Assembly (NCBI GenBank): GCA_965655095.1
Contig: OZ296649.1
Span: 135,718,001 to 135,782,000 of the forward strand
From: Haplodiscus bocki
Lineage: Eukaryota
Direction of reading: 5' to 3'
DNA: 64,000 nucleotides
The notes beneath the pieces were generated by a model. That model ran no database searches. It saw only the letters and a list, made by a program, of their open reading frames with translations, and was not told the origin of the DNA. This document shows, piece by piece, positions 39,901 through 51,884 of the stretch. The translations under genes were made by a program, and so were the position numbers. Positions within the stretch are counted from its first letter, which is position 1, and every line of letters begins with the position of its first letter.

Positions 39901-40669
39901 AAAAAATGAGAAAACATAGCTTATGCTGGGATTTCAACCCGCTAGTCAATTCGGTAGATTATAAAAGGGAGTTATCCTTTTTTAAAAGTTCAATTTTTTT
40001 TTCGAAAATAGGTAGCTTTTTGTACGGTAGTTTTCGGTATAAAAAATATATAGCCTTAACCGGGGTTCGAATACGAGACTCGTGGCTTCGGAGCCCTTTT
40101 GTCCTACCCAGAGGTGCATACAAATTGTAACAAATGTAAAAAGGCAAAAATGCAACTATGTCCGAATTGGATCAGTTCGATGTGAGGTATGTTATCTCAA
40201 AAAAAGTCACTACAATAGTCGGCCTCTTCACTGAAAATAAAGCGCCGACTACAAACTTGCAAATGAATTTTTCAAATCAGCAAGATTCAACACTAACTTT
40301 TTTCAATTTGGGCGATCCAGGAAACTTTGGATTTAATATTTTCTCTCTCAGCCGCTGATCCACCTCAGCAACCTTCATCAAACATCGATCTTTATCACCG
40401 CTTTCTAAGCTGCTAACACACTTCGCATAACACTCGACTGCGATTGTTGAGTCATTGCATAAATATAATTCAACTGGAGCATCTTCCTCTGAATCAAATT
40501 CTTCCTTGCTTTTCTCACTGATTTCAGACGGGAGCCATTTGAGAACAATAAAAGGAGTATCTATCTCAAAATTTGGATCAGCCGATGAATCGGAAAAGTT
40601 AGTTCGAAGCGGTACTGATACCTTTCCGTTCAATTGTATCAACTCCACAACCGCCAAATTATCTTCTGT
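1..40669 (-). CDS. PARP4: PARP4/vault PARP-like multi-exon gene with extra ubiquitin-like, actin-fragment and Pro-rich modules (5' exons not resolved; 3' end beyond position 1)
   Basis: Predicted exons: 40669-40298, 39512-39105, 38540-38260, 34291-33822, 33430-32763, 32217-31309, 30799-30621, 26900-26738, 23686-23582, 22893-22741, 21859-21690, 19104-18997, 17670-17445, 15494-15326, 13306-13154, 10824-10720, 10199-9882, 5471-5215, 929-<1. All junctions are GT-AG (one GC-AG) with matching phases. PARP+VIT+vWA order and motifs ([44 protein letters not shown]) match PARP4. Confidence 0.88.
1922..1995 (+). mobile_element. tRNA-like SINE head (related copy at ~40050-40115, minus strand)
   Basis: gggtaggacaa...gttcgaacc shared by both copies; B-box-like motif but no intact cloverleaf. 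Confidence 0.45.
3050..5000 (-). repeat. Degenerate ~175-bp tandem array
   Basis: Recurrent minus-strand motif gagac(c/a)ttga..ga..t.cag(c/t)c.gtagtttt near 3135, 3310, 3490, 3660, 3835, 4010, 4185, 4365, 4540, 4720. Confidence 0.65.
5215..10199 (-). CDS. Ser/Pro-rich low-complexity exons (10199-9882, 5471-5215)
   Basis: Phase-consistent (1,1,0) GT-AG exons; includes PSAPAPPP and a basic KKKKTR cluster. Confidence 0.72.
10720..13306 (-). CDS. Actin N-terminal fragment (phosphate-1 loop plus DNase I-binding loop), exons 13306-13154 and 10824-10720
   Basis: [15 protein letters not shown]...[11 protein letters not shown]|[13 protein letters not shown]; actin similarity stops after G55. Confidence 0.9.
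11000..12900 (-). mobile_element. Highly decayed Penelope-like or other non-LTR retroelement fragment
   Basis: Broken frames with KLAFLDVR (LPFLDV-like) and [12 protein letters not shown] (FxFN-like) RT remnants. Confidence 0.35.
13781..13821 (+). ncRNA. Minimal type I hammerhead ribozyme (Penelope-associated type)
   Basis: uggc-CUGAAGA-u-[GAUAGU guc AUUAUC]-GAAA-CAUG-UU-gucg: core boxes, stem II, palindromic stem III, short stem I. Confidence 0.65.
13977..14150 (+). mobile_element. tRNA-derived SINE
   Basis: A-box-like tgacgcagtcagtagagc and B-box ggttcgagcc; body tgatcaaaatctaggaa...tgaacggat shared with the copy at 38093-38240. Confidence 0.65.
15326..17670 (-). CDS. Internal ubiquitin-like domain (exons 17670-17445 and 15494-15326)
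   Basis: [33 protein letters not shown]|[44 protein letters not shown]; 34/76 identities to ubiquitin by manual alignment; the second exon is absent from the ORF track. Confidence 0.92.
18997..22893 (-). CDS. Unassigned, probably helical exons of the same gene (22893-22741, 21859-21690, 19104-18997)
   Basis: Open frames with canonical splice sites whose phases (0,0,2,2) link the PARP4 exons to the Ubl exon; the 19104-18997 exon has a weak acceptor and could be skipped without a frameshift. Confidence 0.6.
19742..21498. mobile_element. Non-autonomous foldback DNA transposon with a nested TIR element at ~19940-20750
   Basis: Termini built from inverted ccaaaatacc subrepeats; gttgaatc direct repeat at 19734-19741 and 21499-21506 (candidate TSD); inner ~200-bp TIRs with gacaaaaccgccgatttt subrepeats. 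Confidence 0.7.
22953..23486. mobile_element. MITE
   Basis: Terminal inverted agctgagtcat...atgactcagct plus subterminal inverted similarity. Confidence 0.55.
23582..30799 (-). CDS. PARP4 post-vWA conserved exons (30799-30621, 26900-26738, 23686-23582)
   Basis: [18 protein letters not shown]...MVHQLAAR|AVIRDWE...[22 protein letters not shown]|DETF...[12 protein letters not shown], collinear with PARP4. Confidence 0.88.
24850..25360 (+). mobile_element. Possible decayed LINE 3' fragment
   Basis: Stop-interrupted frame KLEQFLQ...ENF...LFNLP loosely resembles LINE ORF2 C-termini. Confidence 0.25.
31309..32217 (-). CDS. vWA domain exon
   Basis: MIDAS DxSxS (VDLSNSM), [26 protein letters not shown]. 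Confidence 0.93.
32763..33430 (-). CDS. VIT domain exon
   Basis: [27 protein letters not shown]...[11 protein letters not shown]...[20 protein letters not shown]...[18 protein letters not shown]...[11 protein letters not shown]. Confidence 0.95.
33822..38540 (-). CDS. PARP catalytic (ADP-ribosyltransferase) domain, exons 38540-38260 and 34291-33822
   Basis: RRLFHGT (His), ILSR|[13 protein letters not shown] (Tyr), [22 protein letters not shown] (Glu): the H-Y-E triad appears intact. Confidence 0.93.
35570..37360 (-). mobile_element. Decayed Penelope-like retroelement (RT plus GIY-YIG endonuclease)
   Basis: LYGLAKV...[15 protein letters not shown] (PLE RT N-terminal motif), [17 protein letters not shown]...HLGTRM (GIY-YIG), [14 protein letters not shown]; many stops and frameshifts, RT core appears deleted. 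Confidence 0.8.
38093..38240 (+). mobile_element. tRNA-derived SINE, second copy
   Basis: Similarity to 13977-14150. Confidence 0.55.
39105..40669 (-). CDS. PARP4 exons: WGR-like and helical regulatory region
   Basis: LAVVELIQ...PFIV...GSPKLKK|[28 protein letters not shown]...IAQKLDMCQ resembles the PARP4 segment before the catalytic domain; AG acceptors and GTTAGT donors. Confidence 0.8.
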
Positions 40670-42199
40670 CTGTAAAAGCCATCAAATTAAAACCTTAAAG
40701 CGAGCAGTAGGGCACCCAGTTATGAACCGTTCGATTTTCAAAATTAAATTTAATATTGGTAATTTAATTTCCGCCAGCGGAAGGTACTTGAATATCCGTT
40801 TAAACAGCTGATACCAAAAAACCACCCCGTACTTTTTCCTGAAAGCTTTGTGTAGAAAATTCGCATAATAAATCGATTGTAACTTAACAACCCTTGTCTA
40901 ATAGCACAATTTCGAGAAAAACGTGACCCAAAGGACTCCAAAATCAGGCGCTCAATTTCCCTACGACTCGGAAAATTTCACAATCATTTCAATTGATTAG
41001 TACAAGATCTATAACTTCAAAAAGATATTTAAAGATGATACATAAATATGCAGAAATGTACATCACCGAGGGCAGCGGAAAATCATTCATAATTTCGGAT
41101 AAAGATATTGATTTTAGCTGACAGGTGCTAACAAGTACAACTATTCCGTGATTCTTCATTACAATTGCACATATATTATTATTTCCGCCCATATTTATAA
41201 TATGGAAGGAAAATCATACATACATTTAGCGCGAAAGCTTTTTAACGCTGACTTTCCAATTGATAATCTCCAACTTCTGATGCTAAGTCCGGCTGGTTCT
41301 GACCTTGAAAATTTCTTATCATCAAAATATGGTAAGTTTGCCGCAGAATGGGACTCAAATAGTACAAAATTAGGGTTCTTTCAAGAAGTAGATGGCTTTT
41401 TCCGAAAAAAAACTTGAATTCTTTTCAAAATCGGTAAAGGTGGCAAATTTGCTGTAGAATGTGTATCAAACGACATCATTTCATAAAAATGTATTTTTCC
41501 GCCTGCATTGAGGGCTTTTTTTGCAGAAATCAGAGTTTTTAATTTTGGAACAGAATAGAATATCTTAGAGAAAACGCTTTCATCCTTCTAAAAGGTTTCT
41601 TTAGCAAATTTAGGATGGAAAATATGCCGGTGGTGGACGCCCGGCCGTCTTGTTCATTAAAAGATTCACTAACACTTGTACTTTGATTGCCATATGATAA
41701 AACTTTTCCGTCGATTATCTGCCACTCGAACGAATATCGATTAGCAACCTTCGCCAACGTATGCTTTTTGGCTCGAGAAAGCCGCTAAACCCGATTTTAC
41801 GCGTTGGATGGTTTTATGAAACTTATTGGTTAAAAAAAACTACTCGAACTAGGGCCAACACTCGAGCCAAAGATCAGGAGATCAAGCATGGTTCGGAAAG
41901 TTGAAGTGAGAGGAAATATAAGTTATCTTTTCATCGAAGACGCATTGTAAGCTACTCTGAGGTCCAATCAAGAGTCAACCATCTCTTTTTGTCTGAAACT
42001 AAAAATTGGCAACCTTGCTTCTATTTCGACATCCTGGCACTGATTCTTGAATTTGTTCAAAATGTAAAATCAGTCTGCCGTCTTTATTCCACAAATTTCT
42101 ACGCTCTTTTACTGCACCCGCTCCCAACCTCAACAACAGTTAACGGAAAAACAAGTTAACTCTAAGTCTGGGACGAGTGAAGTTGATGAATTTGAAACA

Positions 42200-44300
42200 T
42201 TTTGCACACCATCTTCATTAGACACAGAGGTGACGCTGCGCTTCGCAAACACTTGCGAAACCAAATATCACGAAAAAAAAGTACACAAAAACTACCTAAC
42301 AGACACTCTAGGCCGCAAGAAATTGAATCAGCGCTGGATGGAACCAATCCGGTCACCAGCCCTACAGAAAACAATTCTATCGAACAACGCAAATAATAGC
42401 ATTTTCGAAATTTCATAAAATCAGGTCGAGATTTTTCGCAATAAGATTCAAAAATAGGCGATCTAATCTAATCTACAGAGACTGTAAGACTCAAGTGATT
42501 GATAGGGTGCTGGATGCACCCAATCCGACCAGTAGTCAGTGACAAAAACATCTTTACCGGAAACAACAAAAATGAAAATTTCTTTGATTTTATTTCTGAA
42601 ACAAATTGACAATTTTCACAAAAAAACTAAAATTGTACTTAATTGCAATTAAAACAAACGCCAGGCAGGAGGTAGTCGAAAAGCTTCAAGAAAATTTCTG
42701 CCTTTAGTCAGTAAGAAAAAAGACCTTTGAGGAGCAAAAGAAGTAAAAAGACCACCAAAATTTTGAATACAAGTCAAGATTCTTCGTAATAAAATTACGA
42801 CAACCACGCCATATCGTAAACCCAAAATTCTCAACGCAATTGACTGAGCGCTAGATGGACCCAATACCAACACTAGTAACTGAGAAATACACTCTCAAAA
42901 AAGCGATTTTTCATTTACAAGTCAGATTTTCGCATCAAAAATACGAAAAGGACCACCCAAGCTACAACGCTGACCCTCTAGGCCGTAAGTACCTGAAAAA
43001 GCGCTAAATCGACCCAATCCGACCACTGGTCAATGAGAAAAACAATTTTGAGTAACAATGCGAGAAAAGACATCTTCGATTGTTCAAGTTCTTTTCAAGA
43101 TTTTTCGGAGAAAAATATTGAAATAACCATCCAAGCTACACCGTAAAACGTATAAGCTGCGATTAACTGAAAGAATGTCCAGCAGACGGAATCCAACCAT
43201 AGTTACAGAGGAAAACACGGAAAAAACATCGAATTTTTAAACAATCTAGTCTGCAGACCTTGTGGAGCTTTCAAAGTTGACAGATAAAGCCAATTGGACA
43301 AATCGTCACAGAGACTAACGGTTTCAATGAACACAGCAAGTAAAATGATAGTCGATTTTTCGATCAAATGTTAGTTGAGATTTTCCGCAGTGAAATTCAA
43401 CACTATCGATCACAAAGAATTTACAGTATCTCTTGAAGTCAATCAGAAGAAATGAAACCTAATTGAATGCAGTGATCAGCAGCGACATCAATTGAAAGCA
43501 CGGACTTATTGAAGCCTTATTGAAGCAATATCTTCAGAAGCAACACTACCAGAATAGCAGAAATTTGCAAATATGTGCAGCCGAAAAAAAATTTTCAACT
43601 TATCTTGATTTCAAGAAAACTTCTCATCAAAGATAAAAGGTATTTAGCAAGAGACCAATAAAAAGACCAAATCGGACTCTCTGGATAAATTCTAAGCTTA
43701 AAAAAATGAACAAAAGCCGTAAGGACGAATGCGAAATGTTCGTTTAAAAAAACCATGACGAAAGACCAAAAAAGTCCCCCTATATTTTTGCCCAATAGAA
43801 TGAAAAATTTGAAAGATCAATGGATGCTCCAGGCAGCAATCAATTCATTTATTTACGAATTAACATCCAACCAATAGTTTCGTAACAAAACAAACGACAA
43901 AACCTCTTCGATTTTTTCAAACACCAATTAAATTTCGTGTAAAAGTTAAAAACTGACCACCCCAGCTACTTGTCAGAAGTACCTGGCAGCGATGGGTTGA
44001 ATCAGCCAAGGAAGTACCCAATTGGAACATCAGGAGAAACACTCTTAACGATAAACATCTGCAAATCTTCAAACAAAATTTATTGCATTATATGGTTTAT
44101 CAGTTCACGATAAACGTTGCAAATAGACTACTCCATGTGCTCATTAACGGCTACAGCTACCGAGAAACTGAATCATCACTGGGTTGGCCCAATCCGACCA
44201 GTAGTTATTCAGACAAGCACTTTTAACGAACAACGAAAGTAAACGTTAATTTTTCAATTTCAATTCAAAAAATTTCATCAAAAAATTAGAAACAGTTACT
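42200..44300 (+). repeat. Degenerate ~170-175-bp tandem array
   Basis: g(a/g)cccaatccgaccagtagt-like motif near 42340, 42515, 42857, 43012, 43188, 43863, 44016, 44186. Confidence 0.65.
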
Positions 44301-47300
44301 GCCTGTTACTCCACGGGAAATAGATTCAAGAGGTTCTATAGAGAAAATCGATTTCAAGCAAGTAACTGTCACAGTGTCTTGAAAAGCTATGTTGGTCATG
44401 TTTATCTAAGTTGCACTATTTGACATTACAGCCTCTTATTTAGGAGACTTGCGCAGTAAAACAAACAAACAATTCACCACCCACAGACTCATCCAAAACA
44501 TTAATAAATCAAACATGAGCCTTTAGGACGTGTTGTTTATTTCTTTAGAACAATTAGCAAATTTTAGAACAAGAAAATAAACAAGAACCTGCTAAATGTC
44601 CCAAAACAGGCCGTTTTTGATCGCTAACGAAAGATGGCTGGGCTCTCTGATAACGAAAGACCTCAGAGCCAAAAGTCGTGGAATATATCGTAGTAGAGGT
44701 AAACAAATGATTGGGGTTGGAAAATCCATTCGCAACGGAATGTTTGAATACTAATTGGGTATTCGCAAACCTTTCATTTAGGCAACAAAATGTTTCAATG
44801 TTTCCAAAATTGCCAAAACTTCCACTTTCAACTTGACCATAAGCAACAAGTTGCCGTTTAAATTTTTTCTTGGAAACGAAAACAAGCTTCTTTGCAATAA
44901 ACAAACGGAACTAGATTGATAGATTGTCCGTTTATTATTTTCAAGTATTTTTGCCGTTTCGCGTTTAATTCACGCAAAGTTTTTGATCGAATGCTCGAAA
45001 ATCGTCCCTGAGTGTTCGATTAAGCTTCCAATAGATTTGCTTCAGCTCTATATCTTGGGTACATTACGTTATCTAGTGCCTTAGTTCAAAAATCTACTCA
45101 AACTTATATATCTTTGCTAGAACCTTCAGGTATATGTAGTGGGAATAGTATTGCGAAAATATAAGGCGTTTGCTACTCCATTTTGGAACATGGAGAGAGG
45201 GTGTATCGATAAAGGTAGTCTTCTTGTCGAATGTCCCAACAGCTTGAACATCTTGTTTTCTACGCTGTGAAAAAAAACAGCTCCAATAATCGGACTTTTT
45301 TCTCAAAAAAAAAAGTCTTGAATATTTTAAATTGTTGAATTTAATTTATTTTGGATGCATAGGGGGGAGGAGGTTTTCACATTTCACATTCCACTCTCCG
45401 CTGGATAATTACCTCTCTCACAAAATCTTGAAAAAGTAGGCTTGTACGAGGAGTACAAATTTATCTTTTGGTACCGCGCCGCAGTGTCCACGTGTCATAA
45501 CCATTAACCACGACACCAAATCGGAACCGACTTCAAGGGAACTGAAGGAGAGAGTGAAAAGAGCCCTAGCTTTAGCGAAAGAATCGGAAAAAGGAAACGA
45601 CCTCATGCAATATCTTTCCTCCTACTTTAAAAATTAGACCGACAGTAATACAAAAGGCGCAGTAGAACTGCGATATTTTGCGACAGCAGCTGCTCTAAAT
45701 TTTATTTTATCACTTGATTTGCCGTTTATCAATTGATTATCCACCACCTTTGCCAAGTTACAGTGCATCTTTTTTTCGTGATACCCCCCCATTCATCCCA
45801 CGATCATCCGTCATCCTGTTTATCTGTAATGGGAACCTTTCGATGACTCTGTGTACACAATGTTGGAGAAAAAGTGATCCCGTACAAGACCACAGAAAAT
45901 CCTGTTCTCTCCCAATCACTCGCAATTTTGATGCCCCAGGTTCCGTGATCAGTTCTGGAGAGTGAAGTAGTTTCTATGGATTGGCGGCATCTCACGACAA
46001 TTAGGCCTAACTTACAGCTCCTGAAAACCTAAAGCTGTCACGTAAAATTATTAACAGCACAAACAAAATTAAAATAGTCGGGAAATGCTGAAAAATGATT
46101 TCCACAAGGAATAATTCTTTCGACAACGCCCATTATATAAACACAAAAAGTAGTTTTTATTTTTCGGGCTCTTTTTTATAGAAGATTTTCTAGTTCTTTT
46201 TTCTGTCTCTTCAAAAGGCTCGTTGGTCCACTGGAATGCTGTTTCTAGCCTTTACTATTCTAGGTTGCTCTTCTGGATGGTCAGCTTGCCAAATAAGTAC
46301 CAGAAGAGCTACTTCGATTTTTGATCACTGATCATGAAATCAAAAATAAAACTGGCTGAGCCTGAAAGTTTCTATTACAATCCTTCGATTAACCACCAGT
46401 CTTATTTCTTCGATGACATTGCACAATAATAACCGTCGTTTCTGCCACCTTACCATGCATGCCGCTCTAATGACCGCATTTTCTGCTATCTTACTTTGTT
46501 TGCAGGACTTTCGACTGCCCTTTACATTTTTTTATAATTGTTTCTTCAGAAAACACCATGACCTTCGTGATACAACCCATTCATCTCACGATCATCCGCC
46601 GCTCTATTCATCCCCCTATTATTAACAAATGTACTATCCGATACTATTGCAACATTAGGGCGGAAAATTGAGTGACAGTATACTTCCTTCCGGTGCCTTG
46701 ATTTTCAGTGGGACACGTGAATGCCTCCTAATGAATTGGCAGTCGCAGTGAATTTTTAAAGCTTACTGAAGATTTTACTCTATACCCAAGTAAAGTCGCA
46801 AAATAAAAATTACGCTAATTGATGCAATTTGCCCCCCTGGTCAACAAGACCACCGGCCTTTTCCGCCGTCCAAATTGGTCAAAGATGCCTTCTAGAAGGA
46901 TGAAAGCGTTCTTTTTTCAAAATTGTTTTCTTTTGCAAGATTTCCAAATTTCGTAGGTATTTGAAAAATCTTACTTTTTCATCCACCTGCTACGGCCAAC
47001 TTGCTGTAATTTGGTGATTTTAAAAAAAAACATTCTAAATCGTGCAATTTTGTCATCTTTTGCCGGAAAATTGCAATTGGCAAGTAAACAAATGCTTAAA
47101 AAAATGTTTTCAGCTCTTTTTGATCATAACGAAAGAATCTTTTGCCACAAAAAATGCTTACCCGAAGAACTTTGTATTTGATGAGATTGTAATTCTGTGG
47201 GTCAATATTTTGAATTGCATGATATGTGACGTTCGAGAGTTCGCTAAAACAACCCATTTTCATCAAATTGAAAAACATTTCCTCAGATATCAAACAAAAT

Positions 47301-47329
47301 GGCCTTCGCGGGAATCATGGAAACAAGAA

Positions 47330-47395
47330 GCACGCTGAAATTCGACTACACAACCTATGTATTCGAAACCCTAACCATTAGGCCACGGAGACACT
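47330..47395 (-). mobile_element. tRNA-like SINE head
   Basis: Reverse complement gtctccgtggcctaatggttaggg (A box) with a degenerate B box. Confidence 0.45.
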
Positions 47396-47717
47396 GTATA
47401 AGCCCGATACCAATTTTACTAAAACTAGCCCTTTAGTAGTGAAGCTGAAGAAAAAAACCACTGTAAAAATTGGGCATTTAATTGTATAAAGCTTCAACTG
47501 AAGTACACTGGAATGTGGAAACTGTGACGAAAATGAACTTACATCGCTGAAGATCGTTTAACCTCGGTTGAAGTAGCAGGTACTCTATTCGGAAGTGGTT
47601 GCTGAACTAAAAAAATTAAGATGAGTTGATTTTTGCACTCCAATTTTATTCAATGGCTAAATATATAGAACTAGCAAACTCTTCTGCCAGATAAATGGAT
47701 TTTTCTGTACACCCCGC

Positions 47718-47718
<1 letters not shown>

Positions 47719-47766
<48 letters not shown>
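47719..47766. repeat. (AC)n microsatellite
   Basis: About 24 perfect AC units. Confidence 0.98.
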
Positions 47767-47768
<2 letters not shown>

Positions 47769-49539
47769 TCATGGATATGCGAAATAATAAGCAGCGCAAA
47801 AGTTTAACTCACGCGCGAGTGAACTTAAGTCAATCAGAGAAGAGTTAAAAATCTCGACACTACTGGTGGGTTAACAGGAAAGATCCGATTAAATTTTCTC
47901 TCTTTCCAAGACACTTTAAAGATCTGTACGATTTTTTCGGTTCCCGAGTCATTGTTATCACGCTGAAAGATTGAAGAAAATGAGTGAATGTAGTCGACGA
48001 CGTGATAACCTTACTTGCTTTTAGCATTCGGCACGGACATCATGATACAATAATCAAAACACAATCACTGAGTTTATTCTCGCTTTCATTGGCTCACTAT
48101 TTCCACTTGCTTGGTTCGTTCTTTCGACAATGTCAAGAAAAATTCTGAGTTTTGAAAAGCCGAGACACCGTTTTATATTTGCATTATATAGAGGATTTCG
48201 TCCACGTGACGTTTAAAGCACAAGACATCCTGTATTACATACCTCGTGCAATTTGGTGTCATGTATCAGTAACGGTACTAAAGCTTCGCGACATGTACCG
48301 TGTTTTTCGTGTATTCAAAAATCACGAGAAACAACACCAATTTTACCAAGCGCTTCTAGAATTAGATGAAGATTTCTATTGAGTTCCGGGGATTTCAGGA
48401 AACGGACTAAAAGAAATTATTGATAACGGCGAAATCTATCGCAAAGTTGAGAAACCCGCGGTCCAGATTCTTGATTTTCCAAAAATTCGAAGTTGCATTC
48501 GTAGCCCCTGAAGTCCTGTATTCACGACTTCGTGCACCTGTACGGCCAAAACCTTGTATTCCCATCCGAAAAATTATACCGATATCAATACACGGTTTCA
48601 TAGTCGGGAAATTTTAAAGGTAAAGTAAATACACAAACCGGATCATGATTAATTAGGACCCCGGGCAGGTTCGAGTCACAGCTGCTATTTAGACTGAAAT
48701 ATGACAGGGGTGTCACAAAACGTAAGGAAAACAATAATTTGCCACTGTTAGTTTTTCCGCGAGAAGGGGTGATTGATTATTGCTAAAATCACTAGTATTT
48801 GCAAAATTGTTTGTTGATGCTGGCAAAGAGACGGGGGTTTATTAAAATTAGGCTTCTACTTTTGAAAATTTTTCGAAGGCAGCTAAGAGTATCAAGGAAC
48901 ATTCAAGTCCAAAAGCGTTTGGCAAAGTTATTTCAATATGTGTTTTACTGACCAATTTTGTTAGCTTCTTTCTACTTGACTCTACTTGACCTTCCGAAAA
49001 CAACTGCCAAACTATATAAGTAGATCTTTCGAAGTAGACCGAACAGTCAGGCAACTCATCCAAAAAAAACTGAAAACCGCACAAAAATCAACTGCTACGC
49101 ATTTAAAATAGTTTTTTTCCACTTTTGTGGGGTCTCAAGGAGGTATTGGCCAAAAAGAAAACGCTGTGACTTTGACTCAGAGTGTACATCTCATGGAGTC
49201 ACTAGAAGAGTGCAAGACCCAACTCTACATAGTATTGCCAAGTCTGGCCGTTTGATGATATGGAGCCGTTTGGTGATATGGATGATTCCTCCTGTCAAAA
49301 CTAGAGGCAATACTTACTTTGTAAACGACTGAGGATTTTTCTAATTACACAATTGAGTGCTTGCCAAAACACTAATGTTTGATATTGTTGAACTATTGGA
49401 AATAACAATTTCCTAAACTGAAAAACCGATTTCCGGTGAAGAACACAATGAAAAACCATTCGTTAACTGAAAATCGGCACCAGTTGAATCAATCTAATCA
49501 TAAAATGTTTCTTATTCAGATGAAAGAAATTAAACATGC

Positions 49540-50110
49540 AGTTTGAAAACAGGAAACCCATTTTGAAAAATGAGTAAAATCGACATTATCTGCCTTCTCA
49601 ACAACATTTAGCCCATCATTCCGAAAAAAAAAACCAAATATCAAATCATTGTTCCTCCTATAACAATCAACACCGATGAAAACTGAATCACTACTTGGAG
49701 AGAGAAACCATTGTGAAAAAATTAAACAAATCGAGCTCATATGCATTTATAGCAATGTTTGGACCATAATCAGTCGAAAATGGAACAAAATGTCGCGAAA
49801 CTGATCTTCTTAAATCAATCCACCTGTAAAAAACGTTTTATATTCATCCCGAGGCGAAAGGAAACGAGTGGGCACTTTCATCGCAAACCCATTTGGAAAA
49901 TTGACTAAAACCGATGCTATATGCATTTATAGCAATCATTATTGGTAAAAATAACAAAATCTCGGAAAAGGCGCCGAAAAAAATTACATATAACAGATTT
50001 CTGATTATGCCGTAAAATACACAAATTGAAAGCCGTTTTTCAGAACAAACCATCTAGAAAAGCAGAGCAAAACCACATCCTAGGCACTTATAGCAAGGTT
50101 TGGATCAAGT
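49540..50110 (+). repeat. Degenerate ~150-180-bp array
   Basis: aaaccca(t)ttt.gaaaa...atgcatttatagcaa units near 49552, 49703, 49885, 50046. Confidence 0.55.
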
Positions 50111-51884
50111 TCAAAAAATGAAATTCTTTTCCGAGAACTTTTCCGCTTAAATGAAACTAAAGGTAACAATACTTCTTTTGAATCATAGATCAAAGGAACA
50201 GAATGGTTAACTGGAAAGAAAACACATCAAGAAATCGATCAAAATCCGCACTTTCGGAGTTTTTGGCTTACTCTTGGACCAACATACCTGCACAATACAA
50301 GCAAAACGCGACATTCGGCTACAGTTTATATGCAAGTTTTTAGCCTTCAGAAAAACATTGCATGAAAACAAGACAATAAAATCTATTTGATAAAGCAGTT
50401 GTTATAAATGAGGATTTTCGAGAACCTTTGGACAAAATCCGGTTTCAATACACATTCTTCTGTTGTCAGAATGTGTAATAATACTAATAATATACTTGTG
50501 CAACAACGGCAAGAGTCTGTTTCGACATTAGTTACAGAAGAAATCACCTGCAATGAGACAGAAGTGTCGTAAGCAGCTACGTCCCGTCTGGAGAAAAAGG
50601 TCAACGACGTAAATAATTATAAAGGTGCGGATAATACCAGTCAAACTCTGATCGACTTTGACTGGTATGATCCTCACCCATATCAACGTACCACAAGAAC
50701 TACAAAAAAAAATTTCAACTCACCCGTTATTTTCCACCACATAAAAGCCATAGTTGGGCAAAGCATAAATACATGAAAACGTGTAAAAATAATTCCGCAT
50801 TTTCATAAACATAGAATTGATAAAAAATATTACACTGAAAATTACACTGGAAATTACACTGTAGTGTCGTTTTTTGTGTAAATTACACTGGAGTGTCGTT
50901 TTTTGTGTAAAAACTTACTGGCGGGCGAATGATACACAATTTCTTTTTCCGATCGTGGATTTGAAAAACTGCACCTGTACAATTACAAAATTGGTTGTCT
51001 TAAACGAAAACACAATTTCTTAGAAATATGTTTACTAGCATGATGACTAGCACATAGTTTTTTTAAGGAATTCTCCACGAATACCTGTCCGATTGACTTC
51101 AAATGAAAACTAACGTAAACTTCATTGTTTTAATTACAATATTTTTACAAGAATGCGATTAATTATATTATTATAATATTCGTACAAGTATAAGAATAAG
51201 TATATCATTATTCATATTTTAATACGTGTAAAAAAACTTTTTTTAACGAACATTGTGGATTATTATATGAAAACCATTTACGACATGCAAAATGAAAAAG
51301 ATTATTTAAATTATTACAATGTGTTTGAAAATATTCTCGATTTTGAGATAGTTTTCTAAAAAAAGTGACGATGCATTATAGGTTTTTGTAATTTTAGATA
51401 ATAAGGTGTTTTTATATTTGATAGATTTGAATCAATTTACTATTTCATTAAATATAAAACCAAAATGATCACACACGATAAAATGATTAAATAGAATTAC
51501 ATAGAAGATATGATAAAATGATTGAATATGAATAAAATAGATTAATCAAACGATTGTTTGTCTTCTTGCTTATTATTAGCATCAACAAGATGTTTAAAAC
51601 TACTCAAATAAAGAATAACAGATCTTGAAGAGTCAGTTCTTTCTAAACGATAATGCAAATCATTAGTCACATCTGATAGCTTCATTTCATCAATAATATT
51701 TAACGCATATACCATTTCAGATATATTACAATCTTCAAATTCTCTAACCAACATTTTTTAACCTCCAATTCTTCATAGTAGTCGTTATCTAGTTTGTCAA
51801 CAAAATCAAGTTCGTTTAAAAAACATAACACATCTTTCATTGTCACCATTTATATGTATAAAAAAATGATGAGTTCATAAAAAT

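Noticed and set aside
45804-46021. Candidate BRCT exon of PARP4 (WGIKIASDW)
   Set aside because: Resemblance too weak and no consistent splice path to 40669
47546-47580. Other hammerhead-like strings (also ~5900 and ~33475)
   Set aside because: Missing GAAA or CUGANGA box, or no stable stems
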